Part shown: positions 37,974-50,000 of the stretch, one piece after another | Numbering within the stretch: the stretch's first letter is position 1 | Layout of the letters: the number at the start of each line of letters is the position of its first letter | Assembly (NCBI GenBank): GCA_001244265.2 | Contig: CDLV01000016.1 | Location: forward strand, 310,001 to 374,000 | Length of the DNA stretch: 64,000 bases | Source of the DNA: Microbotryum violaceum | Lineage: Eukaryota | Reading direction: 5' to 3' | Notes under the pieces: generated by a model | Database searches by the model: none | What the model was told of the DNA's origin: nothing | What the model saw: only the letters and a program-made list of their open reading frames with translations | Program-made: the position numbers and the translations under genes

Positions 37974-39284
37974 CACAGAGCATCAAGGCACGACAACGTC
38001 AGCAACAGGTCGGCGCATACATCCCACGTCCGTGAGGTCGTCAAGTGGGGACCCAACCTCGAGTTGAATGAATTGACCGACTCACTCGGGCAGCGATCGT
38101 CGTCGGCACGAGAAGGCCGAGAGTCGTTTCAAAATTGAGGCGAGACTCAGACTCTAAGGTCTCGACTCTCGACCTGGAGCTTGAGGAAGGCCCCGTCTGA
38201 AAATTAACGCCGATCGTCGCCAGCTCGACGAATTTAAGTGGTCGACGGGCGTGCCTCATTTCCGCACCATTCGAATCATCACGCTCCGTAGGTTGTGCCT
38301 GGAGATTGAGGCACATGCAAGGACCACCTCGATGTTTATTATTTCCCACCTACGTTAGCATATCTACCGAGGTACGTACGAAGCATGGCACTGCCGTCGA
38401 TAACCCCGGACGAAATTCGTCGAATCAGCAGAGAAAGCCAACGGCAAGTAATCAAAGTGCCTGTTCATGTATAACCACCAAGTGAACATGTGAATACAAT
38501 CACCGTATTTCCCCCTGCTCGAGCAAGCCGGTACGCATTTGGAAACGTCGGCACGTTCCCGCGGGTGCAATGCCTATATTGAGAGTTTTACCCTCGATAC
38601 CTCACTACAGGGCGATCATGAAAAACCATATAATCATATACCAAAATGTATCGGTACAATATGCATGAGCGTGGCTGTTAGGTGATATCGTAAGTGGCCA
38701 CAACACAACTTTCCCTCAAAGCGTGGACTTCAAGGAACGTCTGAGTACCGTGGTTCGCCTCGTGCCATGGGAGCGGAGTCCGGTGCGGAGTCAGGCGGAG
38801 TCGCGGATCCTCGAAGGGCGCGGAACGTTTTGTTCGAGGAACGGGTTTCGGAAAGTTTCTTTCCTCAATGGATTTAAAGCTCGGTCCTAAGGGTGCGTCC
38901 GGCGAGTCTTCGATCCTCTTTCCGTGTGATCTAGGTATCTATGCACCGCTCTGCCGCACCGAGTTCCCTCTCTGTATCCTCCCCTCCACGTACGCGTACA
39001 CAGTGATACGTCCTCTGCCGTACATTGGGCAACATCAGATTGGCACTTTGCTCGGTTCGTACCGTCACACGACTCGCCGCGCAGCTCGCTCGGCACCACA
39101 GTCGCGTCCAGTCGTCGTGGCCCGGCCGCCACAAGTCTTCCGAGTCCAACGCTGATTGCATGCGCGCTTAACCCTGCACCTACCACGCGTCTCGGCCAAG
39201 CTCGATCTACCGCCTTTGGACGAGTGTTCGAAGAACATCACAAACGCAGACCTCACAGGAAATCAACCGCGTTTCAGAGCTCCG

Positions 39285-41416
39285 ATGAGTGAAGTCAGTC
39301 ACGAACAAGGTCAGTTGGCAGATACTTCCGTGCGCGCCGGTGTCGAACCCCCTGTTTGTCGGGTTCCGACTGGCAGCCTCATGGCTCCGCCCACCCGAAC
39401 GCGTCCGAACAGGACGAGTCTTTGACAATCAGACCGCGCCTTGCCATCCCTGTTGCACCAGATACCCTCCAAGCCGAGTCGGACCGCGCCATTTCGAGCT
39501 CTCCAGAGATCGCGTCGAACGTCAAAGTATCGTTACCGGTTACGGAGAAGCGCATAACTCGCCCACCAAATGCCTTCATCCTCTTCCGCGCCGAAGTACG
39601 TCGTTTCCTACTCACCAAAAGATGCGCTGCGCGTTGCGTGCCCCTGAAGTATTTTTGTGGACTGACTCTAATTCGCTGTTCCCCCATCCTTGGATCACCC
39701 CCTTTCAAAGCAAGTCAAGCTTATCAAAGAGACCGAGCCTGAGCTCCGGTCCAAACCCCAGAGCGAGTTGTCGAAGGTTCGTCGCTGATGCATGCCTAGA
39801 TCGTTAAGCGCGCGAGGTTAAGAGCTGAGAAGTACTCAACCTTTTACTTCAGATCATCGGTGAACGCTGGAAGTCGGTGACAACAGAGGTAAGGCAACCT
39901 CCCCCTGAGTAGCGGTTGGCGAAAGCGAAGTTCGCGCGGACAGCGCGTGGGGACGCGGCCAAGGCGCCACCCCGATGGCAGCGGTCGCGGCCAGAGCACC
40001 CTTCTACCCACAAAGAATGCATGGCGGTGACTGATCACGTGCTCCATTTGTTCCATTTCGTGGCACTTCTAGACACGATCAATGTACGATGAGAAAGCGG
40101 AAGGCCTCAAGCGACAGCTGCTGGAAAAATACGGTCCAGGTGAGCGCCCACTCTTAGGTTCTACGACACCGAAGGGACCACTTGAGAGCCTCACGCTGTG
40201 GCTCGCATGGCCTCGCTCGAGGCCACTGTCATTTATTCCCGTGCTTTGATCGCTTGTGAGGGAGACTTTGTTGTGTAACTGATCGATCCCGCCTGCCCGC
40301 GCTCTCATTGATGCAGGCGCTCTCGCGAGAGGCCCGCGTAAACCCCGAAAGAGCGAGACCGCGCCGACCGAATCGAGCTACGACGGCCGACCCAACTCGG
40401 GAAGCGGCTCCATCAAGGCGGCTCGAACGACTTCCCATAGCTCCGCCCCTATTCTCGGACACAGCCTCGCGAACAACGAGTTCCAATACGCCTTGCCACC
40501 GGCTTCCGGAAATGGGGCGCCGAGCTCGCATCACTGTGCGGTGATGGCACCATGGCATCCTTCGTTCGTTCCCAACGCCTCTAGGACAGAACTGAGACCG
40601 CGACCTCTTTCATCCACGGAGTCACCCACGCATGCAAGCGGGATGGTCCATGTCGACTCCTACTTCTCGGCCCATCACACCGCACAGTCGATTGGCGCCC
40701 ATTCTCAGGCGGTCTACGCCTCTACTGCAAGGATACCACAACGTGGCGAGGCCATTCGTTTTGCTTCGGGTAACCGCGGAATGTTGCCGTCCCCGACGAT
40801 GATGGGCTCGATGCCGAGGGCCGGTGAACTTTCCATGCCCGCACCGACGGCCCATCGCTCTCGACCCAACCCTTCGCCAGTCGCTTTCCAACCTTACGGT
40901 CACTCGACGTCGTACTACTCGGCCCGAGCGCCGGAGTCATATTGGTCGACCGAAGCAGGGTCCGTCTCGTCTCGATCACGTTCGTGGAATCAATTGCCTC
41001 GATCGGCGAGGGTTTCGCAGACGTCCGACTCGCGCTCATGGGACGAACGACATGGCTTGCACGACGCCACAACGGACGATAGAGACTATCAGCGACAGCG
41101 ACAGCCGCAATACCAAGCTCATCACCAATACCAGGAGTATCCAAATTCGGGTACCCAGGAGACTTATTTCACCGCACAGCATGGCACGTGCTTGTACCCC
41201 CTACCCCCGATCTCGAACGACGGCGGCGGTGGCGGCGATGACGGCCGTGATTCGACCTCGACAGCAGCTGAGCTCGAAGAGGCTTACGCTTATGTTTCGC
41301 GCGAGATGTTCCAAACGGACGAGTCGACGGAGCACGATCATCATCGCGAGGCGACGTGGGATCAACTCGTGCAATGGGATGCCGACGGGTCCGTGCCGGC
41401 CTCCCATGCCCATTGA
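39285..41416 (+). CDS. Single HMG-box (MATA-HMG/ROX1/Prf1-like) transcription factor; start uncertain
   Basis: Box rebuilt over short exons: KRITRPPNAFILFRAE|QVKLIKETEPELRSKPQSELSK|IIGERWKSVTTE|TRSMYDEKAEGLKRQLLEKYGP|GALARGPRKPRK; all junctions GT-AG and in frame; disordered C-terminus. Confidence 0.85.
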
Positions 41417-41848
41417 CCACTCCTTTCGCATTACCGAGTCGTCGCGGCGTTTCGTTCCTTCTTTACAACAACAGCCCCGGCTCGCCTTGTATACGCGTTC
41501 ATGTTGCATACTTTGTTGTTACGCGATTGCCCATATCTATTCTCGCCCGTGTAGGTTTTCTCTTCTCGTTGTTTGAAACCAAGTCAATAATCACGTGTAC
41601 CATAAACTCATTGTTTCGTTCTTTTCGGTCCCACCCATTCTTCATCGCATCCTCCACCTTCTGCATTAGGCTCAGGCACGTGTCGCTCCGTTCGCAGTCG
41701 GCGTGGAGATAAGATTTGGTATCACGGGTATATTGTTAATGCATTGTAATACAGTCAAAGGTCACTTGTCATAACGCGAGATCATCACCCCTCACCTCGG
41801 CGCGCCCGATCGTCCTCAAATCATCACGTCGCGGAGCGCGCCCTCCGC

Positions 41849-43886
41849 TCACACCCTCGAATTCGGCACGATACTAGGTTTACGCCCCGCGTTCGAGTTC
41901 ACATTCGGACTTCTACCCCCCGGTGTGATCACCCCACCAATACCAGGTGTCCGATTCACATTCGGACTCCAAGTTGAAGAAGAAGTAGAAGGGTTCGCCG
42001 ATGCGCCGAACCGATCGAGCATGTCCTCCTCTTCCTCATCGATCGAATCCCACCCCCCGTACCCATTCCCATTGAGCATCGTCGATGCCATTCCTAATTC
42101 TTCGTCCAAAGGAGTGGCGTGGAGGAATTTGCCATTGACTAGGGCCGTGGGGTGTCGGAGTTCGTCAGGCATGCGGGCGAGGTAGTAGTAAAAGTACGCG
42201 CACGCCAGGGAGCCACCGGCGACGAGGTCGATCAAGTAGTGGTGGGTTAGGTACTGTGTGTGAAGATGAGCGCCAGGTGAGTCAGATCAGATGCAACTAC
42301 AAGACTGATCTGGTACAGGTGGAGCCACTCGCCATTGTACTCCAGTAGAGCCAGAACACGTAGGACCAATAAAAAACTCGACCCTTGGGAAAGAAGTGCG
42401 ATAGAAAGAGGGCCTCTATCGTCGAGCATCCAGCGTGAAGGGAAGGGAACGCGCCGAACGGTACGGGGGCGTTCGTGAAGGTGTTGTTGTAGCCGTTGCC
42501 GCCAAAGATGGCGTCAATGCGAGCGAGGCCACCGGGTGAGCCGTGCATGCCGTAGTTGGCGGGGATCAGCCCCTCTCGGATCTCGTACCCTGTAGAGGAA
42601 GAGGTATGTCAGTCTCTGTGTAGAAGTTGTATTCGTGCTCTGCCCACGGCATGCGACCTTCAGATACTTACATGGTGGAGCACAAGGAAAGATGATCTGA
42701 ATCATGACCCCGACCAAGTTGAGATACCCGAATGCGGAACCCCAGAACTTGAGCGCGCCAGGTGGGGAAAAGACAAAGAGGAAGGCGGCGACGAAGAAGG
42801 GTCCCGCGAAGTGGACAACGCCGTAGGGGATCCACGCCAGGACGTCGAGGAAAGGGGAGGTGTAGCGCGTGAGAATGTCGGAGATGTTGGCGCCGTAGAG
42901 CACCGATTCGAGCGTCGGCAGCACCGAGACCCAGATGTGGGGGCGGTACTTGGTCGGAATGAATTGGGAGGAGAAGAAGAGGATGAGCCAACCAAAGATT
43001 GGTGTTGCTGGTAGGACAAATTGAGATGTAAAGGGGACGAGCAGAGCGGTGGTATAGATGCCGACGAGGAACACCTTGAAGAGAATGTGCTGGGGCATGA
43101 CGCATAGGGAGAACAGGGCAACCTGCGAGTGAACACGCGTACGAAATCACGATCAGTATTCGTTGTTTTGAACCGTTGTTTTGAACCGTTGTTGAGAACC
43201 GTTGTTGAGAACCGTTGTTGAGAACCGTTGTTGAGAACCGTTGTTGAAGTCCGCTGTGTTCCAGGCCGGTGGGTCCGTCGATGAAAGGTGGTCCAGCGGA
43301 AGAGGCCCGTGCTCCTGACGCCAAACACGACGCCCCGGACCACTTATCGTATCGCGCCTCATTCGGAAGTTGTACCATGTTCCAGGTTGACCGAGGCTGC
43401 AAACCGGCGATCCGTGCCGACGTGCCAAGCCCGAGCTACTCGTCGCGAGCGCGCAGCAGACCGGTCCGTAGAGGCCGAGTGTGTCTACGGCCCGGTCAAG
43501 GTCCTTCCCACGTGATCGAGTGCAAGTGAACGGCCTGCCCATCTTGCAGAGTGTGCTTCGGAAAACTTGATTGATGCAGGGCGCTAAAATACGGACCCAA
43601 GTCGAAGGGGAGCATCGACGGAATATTCATGGGCGGCCAAGCTGAGCTCGACGTCGCTCGAGGAGCAGCATGGCCAAGTCCAACCGCGGACATGCACGTA
43701 TCTCCTCGACCGTGTGAAAGGAAGAACACTCACGATGACGAGGAAAGCATACGGCCAGTCGCGCTTCCACTGCCACCCATAGCGTTGCACCCTCGCCAGT
43801 CCAACGCGTGGGTCAAAGTTGATCTCGAGCCTCGACGCGGCGGCGAGCACGCGTTGCTGCAGGTACGGCGATAACCGGATCGTCAT
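41849..43886 (-). CDS. AUR1: Inositol phosphorylceramide synthase (aureobasidin A target)
   Basis: RPHIWVSVLPTLESVLYGANISDIL, LDVLAWIPYGVVHF, FPCAPPW, MHGSPGGLARID, VPFGAFPSLHAG, THHYLIDLVAG. Confidence 0.95.
43161..43248. repeat. 13-bp minisatellite (GAACCGTTGTTGA / GAACCGTTGTTTT), ~6.5 copies, in AUR1 intron 1
   Basis: Read directly; head-to-tail with no spacers. Confidence 0.9.
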
Positions 43887-44251
43887 TCCTGTGAGGTCAA
43901 GCCGGGCGGGAATGGGGAGGTGGCGAAGCGATCGTCACAGACCGGGTTGGATCGGATGCGGGATGGTATGTACGGCGTGGGGTGCCGTTGTGCGATGCGA
44001 TGCGATGCGATGACGCGTGATGGAACTGCAGTGCGGGAGCCAACTGCGGTCCGATTCGTCTCGGGTGGTTCGGCCGACCAGTCAAGACCCTAGCCAAAGA
44101 GAGCGCAGGTGCGGACGGTGAGCAAAAATCGACAAAGCCGTGGGCTCGAACGCCGGTCGGACGGGTGGGCCTGGCGTGGGGTAGTGCGAGGAGCCGGAAG
44201 GAACAAAGCCGGCCACGAACAGCGCTGGGCTTTTCGGCTCACAGGCTGGCT

Positions 44252-44295
44252 CCGGCTCGGTCTTCGGCTCGGCCTTCGGCTCGGTCTTCGGCTCG
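44252..44295. repeat. 12-bp tandem repeat (CGGCTCGGYCTT) x~3.5 upstream of AUR1
   Basis: Read directly. Confidence 0.8.
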
Positions 44296-44537
44296 ATCCG
44301 ATCCGACTCTCGGACTCCTTCTCCTTCCGAAGCCTGCCCCTATTCAGATGTGAGGCAGAAGGATAGTGCAAGAAGGTTACGAACAATTTGTGTTATTGCC
44401 CATAATACACCACTGCCTGAAACAACTGTAAGCAAGCAGCCAGTATTGAGCCTCCTATCAGGCTCCTTCAAGCGTGCCGAGTACCGAGCACCCGGCATGG
44501 CAGCTCAGGAGCCTTACCAGGACCGATCCGACGACCT

Positions 44538-45504
44538 CTACAGCAGTGAGTTTGGTATCCTCTCCACATCAGCTTCTTCAGTCTCGCCCATCCCCTCCTT
44601 GAAGCCGTATTCTCGCAACTCGACGTTGGCCCACGCCGCTCGGACACCACAGTCCTATGGGGGTGAAAAGTATCGCATCAATGAGGCTGCGGCACACAAC
44701 CATCCACCAAGACGGTGAATCTGGACCTGGACCCTCGGTTCGCTCACATCGTATGCGGGTGTTTTGGTTATTCTCCGCAAGAAGCCATGGTGCGAGACGA
44801 TGACGACATTGTCTTCCGTTCGAGAGCGGATCCATCGGCGCACCCACTTTTTCGATTTGTCGTTCGAAGCACGACATGCCGTCGTCAATCGATTCTCGTT
44901 CAGATTGTGCGGGTGATGCGGAAAACGGATCCCTTGAAGCTCACCTTGGCTCGTTCCATTTGCTTCTCCTCCGTCGCCTGATAAAAACCCTGATTCGAAT
45001 TCCACCCCTCGGTGCACTCGGACCAATCAAGCCACTCATGCGGGAACATAGCTTGCACCCGCGACAGTTCCCCACCTGTATCACAAGGCTGATCACCGCA
45101 TTCTTGTACTTGAGGAAGGATGATCAGTGGAATCGGGCTTGAGGAGACGGGTGCCAAGACAGAGGCGAAAGCACTCATGGTCGTTTGCATCGTTCGACGG
45201 AAGGGAGAGGTGACGATCACCGCTGAGGACAGGGAGAGGGATTCAAAAAAGGTCGAGTAGGTTGAAGGCACCGAGAGCGCCTGTAGCTCGCCTGTCTTGG
45301 TGAGCACGGGATCCGGGATCTTTGGTGAGAGAGTGAACGGGGGGGAAGATGAGGTCCAGGTCAGCCTTCACTCGGGAGGGAAAGGCGGGCCCATATGCTA
45401 CACGTCATAGATTGTCCAACCGCAGGTGTACGCACCGAGTGATCCTCTGGGACCACATTGTGCATTGCTTCGCCATGTCGCAAGAGAAAGACTCTGGGCG
45501 GCAT
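44538..45504 (-). CDS. Histidine phosphatase / phosphoglycerate-mutase-like protein
   Basis: MPPRVFLLRHGEAMHN (RHG motif), DPVLTKTGELQA, IVTSPFRRTMQT, QECGDQPCDTG, VVIVSHHGFL, WANVELREY; three GT-AG introns. Confidence 0.9.
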
Positions 45505-47089
45505 ATTGACGAGGATAGCTCCGTCGGGGATTCGTCGATCGAACTACTTGTCGCTCACGGTGGGAGTATTCGAGAATCGAAGTACCGAGTACCCGAGGCC
45601 AAGACGTGTTTGAGGGACACGGAGCTGAAAGATGAAAGCGATCAATAGGATCAGAATCGGTCACATCCGATACAGTCGAAGAAGCTCCCGAGGCCGTGAG
45701 CGGAGTAGCAAGTGGCGGATGGCGGCGAAGTGCCTCCCCGATGACGACCGACGGGCGCCGTGGTCCGAAAGAGCCGATCAAATGCGTCGTCTCGGTCGTA
45801 TACGAACGAGGTGGAAAGCCGGGCCCTTCCAAACGCGATTCGATGGAGAGAGGCGATCGAGCCAGCGCAGGGAAGCTTGCGACGGCCTAACTGGCACCGA
45901 CACGGAATTCGCCGACGATGACCACGGACAGCACTCACGTATCAATTCAGGCGAATCTCAAGACAGCGCTTGCAAGTCGATTGGATAGTCTAGGATCGAA
46001 GTATATCCTTCTCTATTGCGTAAGGGGTCGAACTGTAGAGCAGTGCCAATGATGCGAGGTTGGCGAGTGACTTTCGAATGAGTGCCGTGACGGAGAGCCA
46101 CGGAACAAGCCTAGCCGATTTCAACCGACATAATCGGATTTTCCATTCTCTGAGACCCTGAGGTTGGTAGGAATCCAACGCAAGGCGAAGAGTATGTAGA
46201 GTTGAAAGCAGAGGCTTAGGCTTTTGTAAACTCACCACTAAGGCCGGTTCTTGTTTTGGCTGTTTCTGCCTGCGTCGATCACCCGTGGTCATCACGTGAC
46301 TGTAAAGTTCGGCAGCCATCCAGTAGGTCCAAGCTCAACTTCGGACCGACCTGCCTGATCTCTCTTTCATTTACCTGCCTATGACTGACAACCATTGTAT
46401 TTGGGAAGCGATACCTGAGTGGTACATAGCCCAAAGTGGATGCCACCCGAGCGGTGCACCGGTGATCGTCCGCATGCATACATCCACGTCTTCAGGCTTC
46501 CTCCCGACCGGCGGTAATCAGTAGCCAATCCACACTTCATGCCGAAAAGTGACCCCAACAGGAATGTACCTCTCGGAAGTGCGTGATCGGGCTGACTAGC
46601 TTGCGAAGTTTTCGAGCGGCAGACGAGGTGGCGGCGCCACAATTGGTCCACGGCGCCCAAGGCTTGGCGCCTGAGATTGTTGGCCCTGATCTTGAGCTTG
46701 AGCGCGCGACCTCACGTCATCCTTTCTTGGCCGTTCGCCAAGGCGTCGGTTTTCGGATCAGCGCGACTTGATCGTTCTGCAGCATATTTTTAAACTTCGG
46801 ATTTTTTGCGCGTACATAGTACGGGTGCCTTGATCTCGGCAGCAAGGTTTCATGCCATCCCTCGCCTTCTCCGCAGCTTTCCCTCCTGCCGTGACAACCT
46901 GCGCTCGATTCAACTTTGGCTCACTTGGTCTCTCGCCTCTTGATCATCTTCACATTGGTCTCTTCACCGTCAAGAAAGACGAACACTCGAATAACCAAGG
47001 TACATTCTTTTTGGGATTGCCCGGCCTCGCCTTCTGAAACCAAATCCCGACCTTAATCGCCAGACATCTGAGATCGCCCAGTGCGCTCG

Positions 47090-50000
47090 ATGAGCTTGCC
47101 AACCGTGAACCCGAACTCGGAGAAGGGGCTCGCGCCGAGTGGATCTGCATCTGCCACGACCCTGACCGAAGAGAAGCCCCCCTTCTTGATCTCTGCTTCG
47201 GAAGCCGTCTTCCAGTTCGAAAGTGATGCCGACCATGGCCTCAAGAACGAGGTCGTTTCGGAGCGACAAAGACTTGACGGTCCGAACGCGCTCTCCGGCG
47301 GCGGAGGCGTATCGGTCTGGTCGATCCTCGCCACTCAGATCTTCAACGCCATGATGCTCGTGTGAGTTGCCGTCTTCCTGCTTTGACTTCCATATTCACC
47401 GTCGTTCCTTCAACATTGTGTGTGTGTGTGACCTACCGATCGCCTCCGTGTCTGCTTTTTCGGGGGATTAGGCCGCCACGACGGCCGAGATGGGAACCCC
47501 CGAAGAGGTCGACTCCTCGAAAGCTTGGCGCTTCTGCCCGGCCCGCGGGGGGGGGGCAACGCTCATACTGTATCGCTCTGCTCGAGCTGACTCGGAGATA
47601 ACCCGTTCTTGTTTCGGCGCTAGTTTGATTATCTGCTTTGCTGTCTCTTTGGGCATTCAATCATGGATCGAAGCCGGTGTCATCGCCGCCGTCGTCGCCA
47701 TCAATGTTGTGAGTGCAATTTGCTGCAACGTTGCTTGCCAGCTGGGTTCCGACGGGATGCCGCGAGCGAGGTCCGATAGGGGCACTCGAGCTGACCCTTT
47801 ATATGATTTGCGTTGTTCTGGCTGTATCTAGACCGTTGGTTTCGTACAGTAAGTCCAAAACTACAATCGAAGTTCCTTTAGCGTCTCCTGCACGTCCAAG
47901 GTTCGACCGGGTCACGGTGCCACCGGCGGTCGAGAGCGGCGGTGGAGAGCGGGTGGGGGCGATGACGTCGCGAAGCAAGAACCGCCACGGGAACTGCCGT
48001 TAACTTCGTTTGACTAGCAATAGCACCAGTGGACGGTGCCGCGGACTAAAGCGCGGCTTAGACTGCCATCCTCGGATGCTTACAGTGTACCTAATGTCTC
48101 CACACCATCCTGCAGAGAATACAAGAGCGCCAAAACGATGGACTCGTTGCGCTCGCTCGCTTCGCCTACCGCCCAAGTCATCCGCAATGGCAAATCCATC
48201 GGCATTCCAGCCCCCGAAGTCGTCGTGGGTGACATCGTCGAGGTCAAGACGGGTAAGTTCCCAATCTGGTTGCTCATTAGTTCGTTTTTGGGATTGTTTT
48301 GCTGACCACGCTGTAATTCATGTACCACGCGTTCGTAGGTGACACGATCCCCGCCGATTTGCGAATTATCGAAGCGGCAAACTTTGAGACCGACGAGGCC
48401 CTCCTCACAGGAGAATCGCTTCCCGTCGCCAAGGACCCCAATGCCTTATTCGGCAAGAAGGATGGAACACCTATTGACCCGCGAGACATCGGTGTTGGAG
48501 GTTCGTCGTTCAAGTCCTCCAGGCGCTTTGAGTCGTTTCGCGCGAATACTGATCAGCTCGGTGTTACTATCTTCAGATCGCATCAACATGGCCTACACCT
48601 CTTCGACCGTCACCAAGGGACGTGCCAAAGGTGTTGTGACCGCAATCGGAATGCGCACCGAGATTGGAGCCATCGCCGAGTCGCTGCGAGGTGGTGATAC
48701 GCGCGTGCGCAAGGTTCGCAAGAACGAGGACGGGCATGCCCCCTGGCACCGCTACGTTTCGGCCTACGCTCTCACGACGTGGGACGTGATCGGTCAATTT
48801 TTGGGCACGAATGTCGGTACCCCGCTTCAGCGAACCCTTTCGTGGCTTGCTATCGGTACGTGGCTGGGCCTTCGCAATGGGGTCTTTAAGGGACTGCGCA
48901 CTGACGGGAAATAATGCAATCGCTGCTTGCAGGACTCTTCGGCATCGCTTGCGTCTTTGCTTTGATCGCATTCGCGGCCAACAATTTTACCTCCAACAAG
49001 GAGATTATTCTTTGTAAGCTTGCCGCCTGAGTCGCTTTCGGTTGTCTGCGTTAGTCTAACCCGGCTCCGGTCCTTCGGCTGCGCAGACGCCATCGCCACC
49101 GGTCTCTCGATGATTCCCGCTTCGCTCGTTGTCGTTCTTACCATCACGCTTGCGGGTGGAACGCGTGCCATGGTTAAGCGTAACGTCATCGTACGCAAAC
49201 TCGATTCCCTCGAAGCACTTGGCGCAGTGTACGTTCCTCAGCCGCTACTTCTAACTCTAGGGCAAATGCTGATGCCTTTCGACCGACGTTTCTCTAGTAC
49301 CGACATTTGCAGTGATAAGACGGGGACGCTGACGCAAGGAAAGATGGTCTGCAAAGCGGCTTGGGTTCCATCGCGAGGCACGTTCCTCATTGGCGACTCG
49401 AACGAGGCCTTCAACCCGACCCTCGGCGACCTGTCGTTCACCTCCGAATCCCCCGTTGAGTCGGCCAAGAGGGAGAACACCCGAGGCAACGATTCCTCGC
49501 CATCCAAGCAGCCCGGGAAAGCTTCCGCGAAGGAGCTGATTTCAACCCACGGAACGCCCTTGGAGACACTGCTCAACGTCGCTTCGATGTGCAACGCCGC
49601 CAAGGTCTTCCAAGACGAGGAAGGATGGGCCGCTCGTGGTGATCCAACCGAATGTGCGATCCAAGTCTTCGCTCATCGCTTCGAATGGGGTCGCGAGCGC
49701 TGGACCGTCGGTGACGGAGCCGTGTGGAGTGAGTCCAGGTGGTAAACTTGGTCAACACCGATGGTTCGATTAAATTACTGACCGATACAACTTGATGCCT
49801 CTCGCAGCTCAAATCCAAGAGTTCCCCTTCGACTCTGACCTCAAGCGCATGTCCGTCATCTACGCTCGCAACTCGGACGAGAAGCGCTCCGTCTTCATGA
49901 AGGGCGCAGTCGAGCGCATTTTTGATGCCTGCAAGACGATCGAACTCGAATACGGTCCCGTGCCTCTCGACGAGGCGATAAAGGAAAACGTGCTTGCGAA

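Larger units (their letters stand above)
31956..37975 (-). mobile_element. Non-LTR retrotransposon (LINE, L1/Tx1-like), apparently full length; 5' boundary uncertain (37560-37975)
   Basis: Two intronless ORFs (gag-like knuckle; APE-RT-CCHC), AT-rich 3' UTR, (TAGA)n tail, purine-rich 5' UTR. Confidence 0.93.

Noticed and set aside
23400..41416. Mating-type locus
   Set aside because: No STE3 receptor, CAAX pheromone precursor or HD1/HD2 gene seen.
43161..43248. CRISPR-like array
   Set aside because: 13-bp head-to-tail units without spacers, inside a eukaryotic intron, with no cas genes.
44538..44549. PTS1 on the histidine phosphatase (SLL)
   Set aside because: Non-canonical tripeptide with an acidic upstream context.
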